64,000 nt of DNA, from the NCBI GenBank assembly GCA_028289675.1, contig JANQOL010000444.1, forward strand, positions 2,026 to 66,025, in the 5' to 3' direction. Made by a program: the position numbers and the translations under genes. Each line of letters starts with the position of its first letter. Position 1 is the stretch's first letter. This document shows, in pieces, positions 53,901 to 62,145 of the stretch. Source of the stretch: Pirellulaceae bacterium. GTDB lineage: Bacteria; Planctomycetota; Planctomycetia; Pirellulales; Pirellulaceae. The notes under the pieces were generated by a model. That model was given only the letters and a program-made list of their open reading frames with translations. It was not told the DNA's origin and made no database searches.

Positions 53901-56900
53901 GGAATCGTGGATTGGATCAACGCCGAAGGTCAACTCTCCGGCGCCGATGCCTACACACTGGACAGCCTGTTCGCCGCCAATTTGACTCATGAACTGGCGC
54001 CAGGAAAACCGCTGACCATCGGAACCCGCGTACCGGTCGAAGACGACAATACGTCATTTGAGAATTTCGCGAGCAACACGTTGAATCAGTCGCTAACGGC
54101 TGTTGAGGTAGCCACATTGAATGCGGCGAACCAGTCCATTCTGCGGCCTGGCGTGATCATTCAATACCGATCGACTCCCGAATCCGCCCCTGTCACGTAC
54201 ACCACGCGGGCCGGTGACTCGCTGCTAAGTATTGCCGGCTACTTCAAAGTCCGGTTGGCAAGTGGATTGTTGGTGCGTTCGAACGTGCTGCGAGTCGACC
54301 AACTGCTGACTGCTGGATCGTCACTAGCAACCGGGGGTGTCACCTACCAAGTCCTTGCCAGCGACACGTTCGATTCCATCGCCAAAGCAGCCATCTATCA
54401 GTCCGCTTTTACCGCGCAGCAGTTGGCGCAGCAAAACGCGGGCGCCAGCATTCTAAGGACGGGTGCATCCGTGAGCCTGTCTGGCAAGTCGCACACGGTT
54501 CAACCCGCCGAGTGCCTCGGCGACGTCGCCAACGCGTTGGGTGTGACCATCGAGGCGTTGACCGCTGACAGCAAACTGCTGAGTCAAGCCGATCTGATGT
54601 TACCCGTTGCCAAACTGTCGCTACCACAATTCAACTTACAGACGACCACAGGCCAAACTTTCGAATCCATCGCAACTCAACTGGCCGTGTCGAATGAAAT
54701 CTTCGGCGCATCGGCTGCCAATGGAAAAATCGAGTCTCTATTCGTCACTGAGAGTTCCGGTGGCCAGGCCACTCCTAACTTGGATGTGCCCCATTTGACT
54801 CAATTCAAGGTGAAACAACTGCTGGCAGAAGCCCAACGCACTCAGGTGATGCAGCACCTGTCGGGCATGGCTTCTCGATATTATCTGCATGGCATGCGCT
54901 TACCCACGGCAAATGCCGACCAGCCGATCATTGACGCGCAACATCCGGGTATGTGGGTTGGCGACGATTTGCAACTGCCACCGCATGCGGGACTGTACGC
55001 TCTGACAGGCCAGCAGTTTGAAATTCCTGACATTGGAACGGAGCCGTTTACAGCAACCTTATCGGCAGGACCTCAATGGCTATCTTTCGAGAAGTACGTT
55101 CAGAAAGACAAACAATGGGAGTGGGAACCCGTTCCGGAACTGACTGTTTCCGTGTCGCCGGGTTCGGATGAATCTAAGTTTATTCAACAGGTCACCCAGT
55201 TCGCGCAAAGTCAGCCACTGAATACTCAGTTGACCGAGCTGGGCCCCGAACCGATGTACACCAGCCAGTTGGCGACCTACCCGTTAACGTCGTCGCTGAC
55301 TTGGCAGGCTGCGTCCTCGATTCGGTTGAGCTACGGCAAAGATCCTGGTGGTCCCCCGGAACTGCGGCTCTGGCGTCTGCCCGACACGCTGATCAACTTG
55401 CCAGACCCTGCACACCGCGCCCTTGATCCGCGCTTTGGTCTGAGAATTGGACGCTACGACGAGGCCACAGGTGGCACGGTCAAGAGTGACGTCAGCTACT
55501 ACAGCTGGGCATCGACCATCGAATTCACGGTGAAACGTGTGCCTGAGACCACTGCCGCAACGAAGTCGACCTACGAAATCATGGGTGCTGATGGCAACGC
55601 AGCGACAACTCTGGAGCGGCTGCTGGCCGCGGTGGGCGATCAAGATGCGTTGATCGACCAATTGATCGTTAGCTATCCGCCGGCCGACGCCAAGAACGGA
55701 GCCGGTATCCAAACCGGTGCCGTAGATGGCATCACACTGGGAATCGCGCAGGTCAATCTGTCCACGGACACGCGGCCACCTGCTGCGATGGACATCGAGA
55801 TGTTTGCGGAACAGGCAGAACAAGGGCGCGGATTGCTGAACACCAAGACCGAGTTCCTGCGTTGGCTGTGGGAAGCCAGCATCACTCGTTCCGGTGGCTT
55901 CTATTTGTATTATCACGATTCAGAGCAGAAGAGCGGCCTGCCAGATCGGGTCTTCAATGACAAAGGGGAAGCTCAACTGACACTGGTGGTCCTGTATCCG
56001 CGACCTGAAGCTGCGAACGCACAGAATGTCATCGGCAACTACATGAACGCAGCCGTGACCGGAGAAAGTATCGACCCAGCCCACTCGGTGGTCTTCACCG
56101 AAGCCGACCCCGCCCAAGATCCGCCGCCGCAGGTCAAATTGACGGACACCGACACCTTGGCGGACATAGCGTATCGATACTATTCCAACGTCGGGGACCT
56201 GGTCGAGTTGCCCACCAACACGGAACTGAAGCTAGCTGACAAAGTCGAGGTGCACATCGATCATGGCCTGTACTTTGTCACTCCCAACGCACCCGGTGGT
56301 GCGTTGAGCCAGATCATCGATCACTTTGGCATCACGTTGGATCAACTCAAGCAGGCCAATCCGAAGCGGACCGATTGGCCGGATACTTTGCCGACAGGTA
56401 CAGCGTTGCGGCTACCCAAGCTGACAGTTGTGGTGCAGGACAGCAGCAAAGGCGGCAACACGCTGGCGAGTTTGGCGGACTACTTTGGCGTCAACCTCAC
56501 TTCCTTGGCCGCGCAAAACCAACACATGCCGGGACTGTTGGGTGCCGACCAACTGATGACCATCAGCGGCGGACCGCGACTTCGCACCGCCACGGTGCCT
56601 CCTGGAGTCGAAGCCTTGGCGGCGGCCCGCCCGGTGCCAGCGGAGTTGACGACCAACCTGAGCTCGCCGGAGTCTCCTGAGGTCTTCCTGCAAAACATGT
56701 ACAGCTTGCTCAACTACCGAGTCGAAGCCAATGACGACTTTGCGGGCAGCAAGATTGGTCTCCCAGCTGGTCCGACCACCACACCGGAGGATCCAGACAG
56801 CCACGACAAGATTCGCGCGCCCAGAACACTAACAGCTGGAGTGGACCAATGGCACTACAAACAGGCGCTGCCGTACACCAAATTCGTCAAGCATAGCCTG

Positions 56901-59900
56901 ACCGACGAAGCCGACCTACCCGCCATTTCGACAAGTCCGTACATCGGCGTCAATTCCGTGCTGCAAATTGACTTCGATTGGCAGGACTACTTTGGCAATA
57001 CCCTCGTTACCGATCTGTCCAGTCCCAAGGCCGGCGACCGCGGACCGTTCAACGGCGCCCCCATGCTGACCGGGTATACCGACGCGATGTTGGGTCTGAG
57101 TCAGTGGCCGTCCATTACTTCTGCGTGGCAGTTGGCGCCCAAACTCGGCGCAGATCCGCAACTGGAAATGCTGCTCAGCTTCGACAACAGCCACTACCAA
57201 GGACTCTTGCAGGCGACCGCCACCGATGAAAAGTCGGTTGCATTGAAGTTCACGCAACCTTTGGATCCAAATACAGCCAACAACCCCAGCAACTTTGCGA
57301 TAGAAGGTGTGGACGTCAGTCAAGCCACTCTTTCAGCGGATGGCTTGAGTGTGACCCTGTCGGTGTCTGGGCTGACCGATGGCAATCGCTACTCTGTCGC
57401 CGTGCGAAATCTGCTCACCACAAAACAACAGTCCGTCGATGGACAGGCCGCATTCAGCTACCCGAATGATCCCGCCAACCAGTCGTCGACCGTTCAGCAA
57501 AACGCGGTTCGAGACTTGCGGGTCCTGCGACGTCTCTACTATCAGTTGACCGACCCCAACGGAATCTCGTTTGAGATCCAGTCCAGTTTGTTGCGAGGCG
57601 ATGACGGAAAACCTGGCACGTTGCCGGTTCAGCCGGGCCCTTTGCTGGACTGGCTGTTTAACGGTACCGTCGATGCGACCGGCATCTACGCGTTCATCAA
57701 GGATCGATCCCAGTTCGGCACACAGACCGAAGCACCTCCTGCGGATCTGATGATTTCCAATAGCATCACCGCGGATCAGCTAAATCCGTCTCAGTTGTTC
57801 GAATTATCGCTGTCTTTTACTATGAAACGCACCGGCGGAATTTCGCTGGGAGACTTGGAAACTACTCCCGGCATCCGGCAAGTGACGACTCGCGTATCGG
57901 CAATGACATCTCACTTGGACAGCGGTGACAGCACATTGGGCCTCAAGACGTTTGCCGAAAACTTTGAGGCAGCTCTCTCCCAACCTCAGACCCTTCAAAT
58001 GAAAGTCGCCACTGGAACGAACCGGCATCGCGTCAGCTCGGGCGGGCAGAGCGATACGGTGTGGGCCGTGCGTTTGGGCGAACGTAACGACCAACATCAA
58101 TGTGTTCAGGAAGACGCCATCTGCATTTCAGTGGACGAACAACAAGAACCTACCTTGTTCGCGCCGCGCCCAATTTCCAACACGTTGGAAAGCGGCCATG
58201 GCGTTCCGATCTACGACTACACTTCCGGTCAGGGTCTGAGTCCGACACCCTCGCGCAATGTCGATTTTATCGATATCGACATGGATAGCTGGGGTCGTCA
58301 GTTCTTAGGTGATTTCGACAGTCTGCTATCGCCCAAATTTACATCCACCATTCAGCTAGTTGACAAATATCAAAACGCTGAGTTTCTCCAAGACATTCTT
58401 GATCAAAAGAAGAAGTTGGCCGGAATTCTGAAACTGTGGATGATTCCGCTTTTCGCCGACGAGCACACTGATCCCACTCATGCGCGAGAGGCATTCTATC
58501 AGCAGCTGCTGTCTCGGCTGAGCAACGCGTACACCACGCGGGCGACCATCCAGCGAGCCATGAATGTGCGGGCCAGCGCCGACCAACCTGGGTCGGCTAC
58601 GGCGGTACCCGCGAAGACGATGGCCCGAAAAACCGCGTCCGAATCGCTCTTATTCAATGCGGCAACAACTACCATCGACCAACTCCGGCAGATCCAAGTG
58701 CGCTTCAACCAGCCTGTCGATGCCACCACCGGTGGCGCGGTTTCCAACTATGTCCTGACCGGAGGACTAACCGTGACGGAAGCCAGTGTTCCGACCGGCA
58801 GCAGTACCGTATTCCTGACGATATCCGGCGACGCCACGCCGCGCACAACTCAGTTAACCGTTGGTTCCGCGGTGAAATCCGCCCAAGGCGACAGCTTGCA
58901 GGGCCCAGTTCAACGCACAGTGTTTATCGCACCCCGCTTGTATGGCAACGTCACCGAACGCGAACCGCTGTTCGACTCGGCCACTACGACGTCCGGCCAG
59001 CTGAAGCAAGTTGTGTTGAAGTTCAATTTCAGCCTGGATCCAGACTCGGCGAAGTCCGTCGAAAACTACCAACTTTCAAATTCCGCCAAAGTGGTCAGGG
59101 CGACTTTGAACTCGACGCAAACCGAAGTGCAACTGGAACTGGATTCGGAAGCCGAACTGGACAAAACGACGATCACTGTCGGTGAATTGAAAGACACGCT
59201 CAATCGTGGCATTCTGACGCCTCGCACGCGGACGATTACGTCGTCTTCAAAGATTATCGAGGCCAAATCCGCGATCAGCCTTTCCTCTCCAAAATTGAAC
59301 TTGGTCGACGAGCAAGGCCAGCCTCTGACGTTCTTGTTGTCTTCTCCCGGACTGGTACGCGGCGAAGGCAACGAGGTTGTACCGTATGTATCGTTGGATG
59401 TCGAATACCGCGGGGCCAATATCGAACACCAGATTGGTGCCGTACCCGGTATCAAAGACTATGCGGCGTCCAGCTGGCTGAGCTTCGTCATTCCCGACCA
59501 ACAAGGACCACTGTCTGTCGAATTGGGACAATTCACCGTTCCCATGGTTCTGCGATCGTTTCCGGCCAGTGCGTCGCTAAGTGACCAGAATGGGCAGGCC
59601 AGCTTTCCGAATAGCGAACAGCTAAGCCAGCTGACACGTTGGGACTATGATCTGACCTACGCGCTTCCTTACCATTACCCGCAAGATCGCGTCCACGCAT
59701 CTGTCGAGTTCAACATCGGCGAACGGGTCCAAATGTTGGCGGGAATCGAGGATGCCTTCAATCAGCTTGCTCAATTTGTCACGGTGATGCCCAAAGTTCA
59801 AAAAGATTTTGATCAGTACTTGGGCACCATTGACGCGACAACCGCTCCAGATGCCGAAGAAGTCGCCAAGGCCGCCGTAGCGCTGGATGCATTCTTGAAG

Positions 59901-60866
59901 ATGGTTAAGGACATCACGCAGGCCGCCGAGAACAACGGATTGATCCGAGCAAGCGCTTATTTGCCACGACAGGGAGATGCAAGCTTGACCTACACTTTCA
60001 GCGTCCAGGAAGGTGTCGCGGTGATCGACGGCGTCGACGCGCTGACCATCACTGTCTTCGGCAAGCCACCGGCCGGTATCGGTGATCCTGAAGTCTATGT
60101 GGACCCGAAACACTACGAGATGCAGCGGCTGACGGCGAATTGCGAGGGTGATTACTGCTTCTGGTATCGTTCTCGAAAAGACCAGAAACCACTCAGCGCT
60201 TCCGCAGGTCAAGCGATTCAAGACCGGATGGTACGCCTTCCGAACATGGATGTACTGCAACGCCAGGATGCGTGGTCCACAGTCTATCTGAAGCGAAACC
60301 AAGAGCTGATTCCCGGGAAACCGACGGCCGAACCGTTCGTGTATACGACGTCCAAAGTGCAATTCAAGAACCCGCTATTGCCGACGTTGGACGTGGATCA
60401 GGTCATCCCCATAGCCAACTTGAACCACACCAAACCTCACGTGCGCTCGCTGCGTGAACAGTTGCAAACCTTGTTTGACACGCTGCTCAAAGACAATGTG
60501 GAAGACAGCTTGCTCATTCAGGTCGAGTCCACGTATGAGTACGACGTGACTTCGCATCTTTCGGCCATCCCACTACCAGTATTTATGCAAGCTCCTCTGA
60601 TGGTTAACGTCAAGGACTCCGCCACGGCCGGATCCGGCAGTGTGACTCTAGCGGAGACGCTGGACAGCTGGGCAGGCGCGATTGAACTGTGGTTCAAAAA
60701 CCATGCTCCACGACCGGTGGGCGAGCCCGGCGATCTGTATTTTGATCTCAGCCTGATGTCCAATCTCACCACGCAGCCAATGCCTCTGTTGCGGCTAAGG
60801 CGATTGCGTCTGGAACTAAGCTCCGTCCAACCTCCACTGACGCAAACCGCGATGGCAATGGTCTAG
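47910..60866 (+). CDS. Giant 4318-aa multidomain protein: putative GT-B glycosyltransferase + beta-rich region + LysM-like repeats + Ig-like domains
   Basis: 12.96-kb open frame with GGAAGG RBS. LysM-like YTTRAGDSLLSIA, YQVLASDTFDSIA, GITLDQLKQANP; Ig-like F.QP.D...A....N(F/Y) three times; N-terminal FGHQ and EG...A...GLP motifs. Confidence 0.9.
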   Translation: MLEELLAKLKDNSSKSWDEDILHGRKDIGKLLAAQPEIRIFVDGSANFGHQASTVLIMRRLVQDLGYSKLLTAVVTSGGEKQLTKLVPGYTEGNLDPIDFYGAQARFIPRNTFEEHADKYPYVLLGFTGGADEDSDYTGVVRSYLFLRLQPYLWPPKESKYIRRQLEYTFPGHEEDDPHRIELETVLEPASDKAGPKLKYRAYHQPVPRFDEIPWDTYEKKGPEQQRKHVTNALVLVKNLGTHFLLPSYALRPGGQTQKDPSNLWAQLVISVLQAQTMGYPKGPAVLVNFDDQVTDDVWTQLEALLKGGPSTFEKQMQAFLQKVPPKIVELQEQASKANPEERGEIEKSIKELQTKQASYEQYMQAYKERGKYLQTLAAEKRFLPVLRVPDPTLIQSALSKVDANQVLLINLGGVPPEIYHYIFSLAKLPSIFEGAATAGQAINTGLPYLHLRHTQLAKTDVVLYPSTLASGNNYSDVAGYCQVAANAITEGIDDKVLKRPPDQCMAAALKTATFIQEAYQSESKIHRYFDEVRQFYSRPTNGILNVTLAVMNGVYQENEGKFNPKTPMLLAAEDSPLETLYKCMTEHTTPPPQSQLSLIPTCLNEGAIASFYQALLPGNDLTIDTATITPTRDDKNQLTKITVSGKTSSFGLNMDVPLLEFTDANGSLSTLGRFTSQETWQLGGIPWIGIEDAGFEINLTNGTTPTAGAILGRIKNTDLEMRVNLPPTDNKWLISGTVAKDGDASIAQVYEMAGGINLIASLPPGLKTLAGFELQQFQISHDFSTGSIEFTRFIVGTQTPWELIPEINLSIQSVTLDAVIQKPGSLKNRKLEMDVTGKFTLGGGTIQVSTHIPGFQVQGGLTEGTIRLDDILTKFLPGVSIDLKTEITTFEFNVDPTAKSYSITTGLKSDWKIGDIFTITGIDFHVENGGGETSGSVTGNTVFMPQSTNIGLSVSASYDATEKGWTFSGHNTNPIEISKLLSGDPFNFNTDSQDKKQIDKLALSLTTGDKSWTFEGSISDWKIDFLDLLIKKASLKAGYNGPKNQALLLPPLRQSNAAVLVPLVDANSLIEPASGELPAGTQPKGNYFANIDADLEWLGVNLNTWLKFSTDKGPSWGVTIPDLKLSGSVSKNSQKQWVGTLKFPDDVTVGFLIEHMVSWITGSKFGLEAPWDFLNSINLSALELVFNFSTKQVSFKVNIGPIDLGFARIDGINVSYERGNADPAKNGVQVSLAGSFPWNIGDDKVGDTGNLGPWNAAEPGAAPAPPGQGNKYFDIRMLAMGQHVTLPCFTDPDTNTVQKAIACMRNLPQPPDPGKPTIPPVQFDSQSSWLIGADFGILKIGDSKSANGKPKKPGRPSLPTKSDYQPTECLAMAETKNAPGYVFNMQVVFNDPSIYGLRIALAGDAAKIFKGLEFQIMYQQVSPTVGVYRSEITLPDIMRHLSVGAYSVTLPVFGIEIYTNGDFQVDIGFPWDEDFSRSFSIEGIIAPGIPVMGSAGFHFGKLSSASTNRVPQATNGTFNPVIVFGFGLQVGFGKSVHYGILSAGFSLTVVGIIEGVLGKWNPYPDGGTGTPRLGNNGLAESNSQIQGAYYFWLRGSVGVIGKLYGTVDFAIIKADVNVEIKLLLQMTYETYVSITISVIASVNVSVSVKINLGLFKVSVSFSFSLKLKETFTIDNHGDAPWKVGGHSQKQLLRAPADRRLRVHRALEPMILLSLTDGPNWSRLSAPTQPTPLTSWLTTALTVAHDEWKTDSQKPADQRPCYVAMLMLDSVAAPQSDKKTAALKASGAEADSSFELLAKMVLRWMVAALQSKPYTPDQIDDLVVTETQLRYLTENVLVSSDDRPTPIPEEAIESFLSAQFKLNVRQAPDQDNTGQEPHTTYFPMAPDIKLHVPAYGNQHEYNYTFAQYNAIDDSGLSFLRSYFDELAVQVEHEMAADRDDARPMALGDQSYSMAQWVMTDYFLLLARQMVQAARDGLRDFKFPIEDSSDPNHPDTPTGIVDWINAEGQLSGADAYTLDSLFAANLTHELAPGKPLTIGTRVPVEDDNTSFENFASNTLNQSLTAVEVATLNAANQSILRPGVIIQYRSTPESAPVTYTTRAGDSLLSIAGYFKVRLASGLLVRSNVLRVDQLLTAGSSLATGGVTYQVLASDTFDSIAKAAIYQSAFTAQQLAQQNAGASILRTGASVSLSGKSHTVQPAECLGDVANALGVTIEALTADSKLLSQADLMLPVAKLSLPQFNLQTTTGQTFESIATQLAVSNEIFGASAANGKIESLFVTESSGGQATPNLDVPHLTQFKVKQLLAEAQRTQVMQHLSGMASRYYLHGMRLPTANADQPIIDAQHPGMWVGDDLQLPPHAGLYALTGQQFEIPDIGTEPFTATLSAGPQWLSFEKYVQKDKQWEWEPVPELTVSVSPGSDESKFIQQVTQFAQSQPLNTQLTELGPEPMYTSQLATYPLTSSLTWQAASSIRLSYGKDPGGPPELRLWRLPDTLINLPDPAHRALDPRFGLRIGRYDEATGGTVKSDVSYYSWASTIEFTVKRVPETTAATKSTYEIMGADGNAATTLERLLAAVGDQDALIDQLIVSYPPADAKNGAGIQTGAVDGITLGIAQVNLSTDTRPPAAMDIEMFAEQAEQGRGLLNTKTEFLRWLWEASITRSGGFYLYYHDSEQKSGLPDRVFNDKGEAQLTLVVLYPRPEAANAQNVIGNYMNAAVTGESIDPAHSVVFTEADPAQDPPPQVKLTDTDTLADIAYRYYSNVGDLVELPTNTELKLADKVEVHIDHGLYFVTPNAPGGALSQIIDHFGITLDQLKQANPKRTDWPDTLPTGTALRLPKLTVVVQDSSKGGNTLASLADYFGVNLTSLAAQNQHMPGLLGADQLMTISGGPRLRTATVPPGVEALAAARPVPAELTTNLSSPESPEVFLQNMYSLLNYRVEANDDFAGSKIGLPAGPTTTPEDPDSHDKIRAPRTLTAGVDQWHYKQALPYTKFVKHSLTDEADLPAISTSPYIGVNSVLQIDFDWQDYFGNTLVTDLSSPKAGDRGPFNGAPMLTGYTDAMLGLSQWPSITSAWQLAPKLGADPQLEMLLSFDNSHYQGLLQATATDEKSVALKFTQPLDPNTANNPSNFAIEGVDVSQATLSADGLSVTLSVSGLTDGNRYSVAVRNLLTTKQQSVDGQAAFSYPNDPANQSSTVQQNAVRDLRVLRRLYYQLTDPNGISFEIQSSLLRGDDGKPGTLPVQPGPLLDWLFNGTVDATGIYAFIKDRSQFGTQTEAPPADLMISNSITADQLNPSQLFELSLSFTMKRTGGISLGDLETTPGIRQVTTRVSAMTSHLDSGDSTLGLKTFAENFEAALSQPQTLQMKVATGTNRHRVSSGGQSDTVWAVRLGERNDQHQCVQEDAICISVDEQQEPTLFAPRPISNTLESGHGVPIYDYTSGQGLSPTPSRNVDFIDIDMDSWGRQFLGDFDSLLSPKFTSTIQLVDKYQNAEFLQDILDQKKKLAGILKLWMIPLFADEHTDPTHAREAFYQQLLSRLSNAYTTRATIQRAMNVRASADQPGSATAVPAKTMARKTASESLLFNAATTTIDQLRQIQVRFNQPVDATTGGAVSNYVLTGGLTVTEASVPTGSSTVFLTISGDATPRTTQLTVGSAVKSAQGDSLQGPVQRTVFIAPRLYGNVTEREPLFDSATTTSGQLKQVVLKFNFSLDPDSAKSVENYQLSNSAKVVRATLNSTQTEVQLELDSEAELDKTTITVGELKDTLNRGILTPRTRTITSSSKIIEAKSAISLSSPKLNLVDEQGQPLTFLLSSPGLVRGEGNEVVPYVSLDVEYRGANIEHQIGAVPGIKDYAASSWLSFVIPDQQGPLSVELGQFTVPMVLRSFPASASLSDQNGQASFPNSEQLSQLTRWDYDLTYALPYHYPQDRVHASVEFNIGERVQMLAGIEDAFNQLAQFVTVMPKVQKDFDQYLGTIDATTAPDAEEVAKAAVALDAFLKMVKDITQAAENNGLIRASAYLPRQGDASLTYTFSVQEGVAVIDGVDALTITVFGKPPAGIGDPEVYVDPKHYEMQRLTANCEGDYCFWYRSRKDQKPLSASAGQAIQDRMVRLPNMDVLQRQDAWSTVYLKRNQELIPGKPTAEPFVYTTSKVQFKNPLLPTLDVDQVIPIANLNHTKPHVRSLREQLQTLFDTLLKDNVEDSLLIQVESTYEYDVTSHLSAIPLPVFMQAPLMVNVKDSATAGSGSVTLAETLDSWAGAIELWFKNHAPRPVGEPGDLYFDLSLMSNLTTQPMPLLRLRRLRLELSSVQPPLTQTAMAMV

Positions 60867-61350
60867 ATTGCTGTCGCTGGACGCCATGGACGTCTCGTTC
60901 TTCAGGACCGCTGCTGATCTATCTGATCTGGATCGGAAGCACCTAGAGCATTTTGCTTTTGAAGTGGCCCGTTTTCGACGGAATAAGCAACCACCAGCTT
61001 TGATGACGCAGGCCATCTGTCCGTGCGACTCGCACTAGCCGGTTTGTCAAATCGATTTGGAGTACCATTTGTTGATGGGCGATGACCGCCAAGAGCGGAG
61101 TTCGTTCAGATGGTGCGTCTGCACACGTGTATGGCTATGAAGATCGTTTGTGCCGCGCGCTATATCGGTGTGCACCCTGCACTCGCGAATTGGCACGACC
61201 GGTAATGGCCCCTACCAAACAGAATGCTCTTCTAGAGCGGTTTACATTTTCGTGTGACCTTGTTTCGGCAGATTCAGGCCGTGTTTTCGTTGATGAAGCA
61301 AGCCGAATGCCCGTGCGGCTCGCACTAGCTCAAAACTCCTGGAGACAGAG

Positions 61351-62094
61351 ATGCAAATTTTCGCCAAAAAACTCGTTGTTACTGCTGGCTTAGCTTTGAC
61401 GATATGTGTTTTCCTCAACCCCGGTTTGTCCGCCCAAGAAGCGGACGATGGGTTTGTCAGTCTGTTCAATGGCCAAGACTTGGCGGGCTGGGAAGGCGAT
61501 GAGCGTTTTTGGCGCGTCGATTCGGGAGCGATCGTGGGTGAAACCACTAAAGACAACCCGACCAAGAAGAATACGTTTCTCGTATATCGCCGCGATTCGG
61601 TGGATGACTTTGAACTGCGGTTCTCGTATCGCGTGCGAGGTGGCAACTCTGGCATCCAATATCGCAGCGAGCTGCTCAGCAAGTGGGTGGTCAAAGGTCT
61701 GCAAGCCGATTTTGAAGACCAAATGCACGAAGGCAAAGACAAGTTCTCCGGTATGTTCTTCGAAGAAAACGGCCGTATGTTCATGGGACAACGTGGTGAT
61801 GTCATTTTTGTTCGCACGAATCCCAAGAACTTAAAGAAGCCAGTTATTGACAAGGTTGCAACGGTAGGTGAACCAGCCGAACTGGAACGCGTCATCAAAC
61901 GCGATGATTGGAATGACTACACCGTCATTGCTTCTGGCCAGGTGTTTATTCACATCATCAACGGTCACGTGATGTCGATCGGCATCGACGAAGACTTGGC
62001 CAACTTTCGGAAATCAGGAATCTTGGCATGGCAACTACACGCCGGAGATCCCTTGAAGATAGAAATGAAGAACATTCGTCTTCGAAAACTGTAG
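61351..62094 (+). CDS. Secreted DUF1080 (3-keto-disaccharide hydrolase-like) protein
   Basis: Signal peptide, GFVSLFNGQDLAGW, NSGIQYRS, DWNDY, GILAWQLH. Confidence 0.92.
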   Translation: MQIFAKKLVVTAGLALTICVFLNPGLSAQEADDGFVSLFNGQDLAGWEGDERFWRVDSGAIVGETTKDNPTKKNTFLVYRRDSVDDFELRFSYRVRGGNSGIQYRSELLSKWVVKGLQADFEDQMHEGKDKFSGMFFEENGRMFMGQRGDVIFVRTNPKNLKKPVIDKVATVGEPAELERVIKRDDWNDYTVIASGQVFIHIINGHVMSIGIDEDLANFRKSGILAWQLHAGDPLKIEMKNIRLRKL

Positions 62095-62145
62095 ACCTCG
62101 TTAGTTCCACCTGAATACTTCCTCTCCGCAATGTGAGAATGGCTA

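Noticed and set aside
55284-60362. Several 200-250-aa - strand ORFs within the giant gene
   Set aside because: Antisense shadows without motifs.
42401-60866. Classification as RHS/Tc, contractile injection, T6SS, RTX/T1SS or CdiA/two-partner system
   Set aside because: No YD repeats or PxxxxDPxG, no sheath, tube or baseplate genes, no GGxGxD repeats, and no TPS domain or transporter visible.
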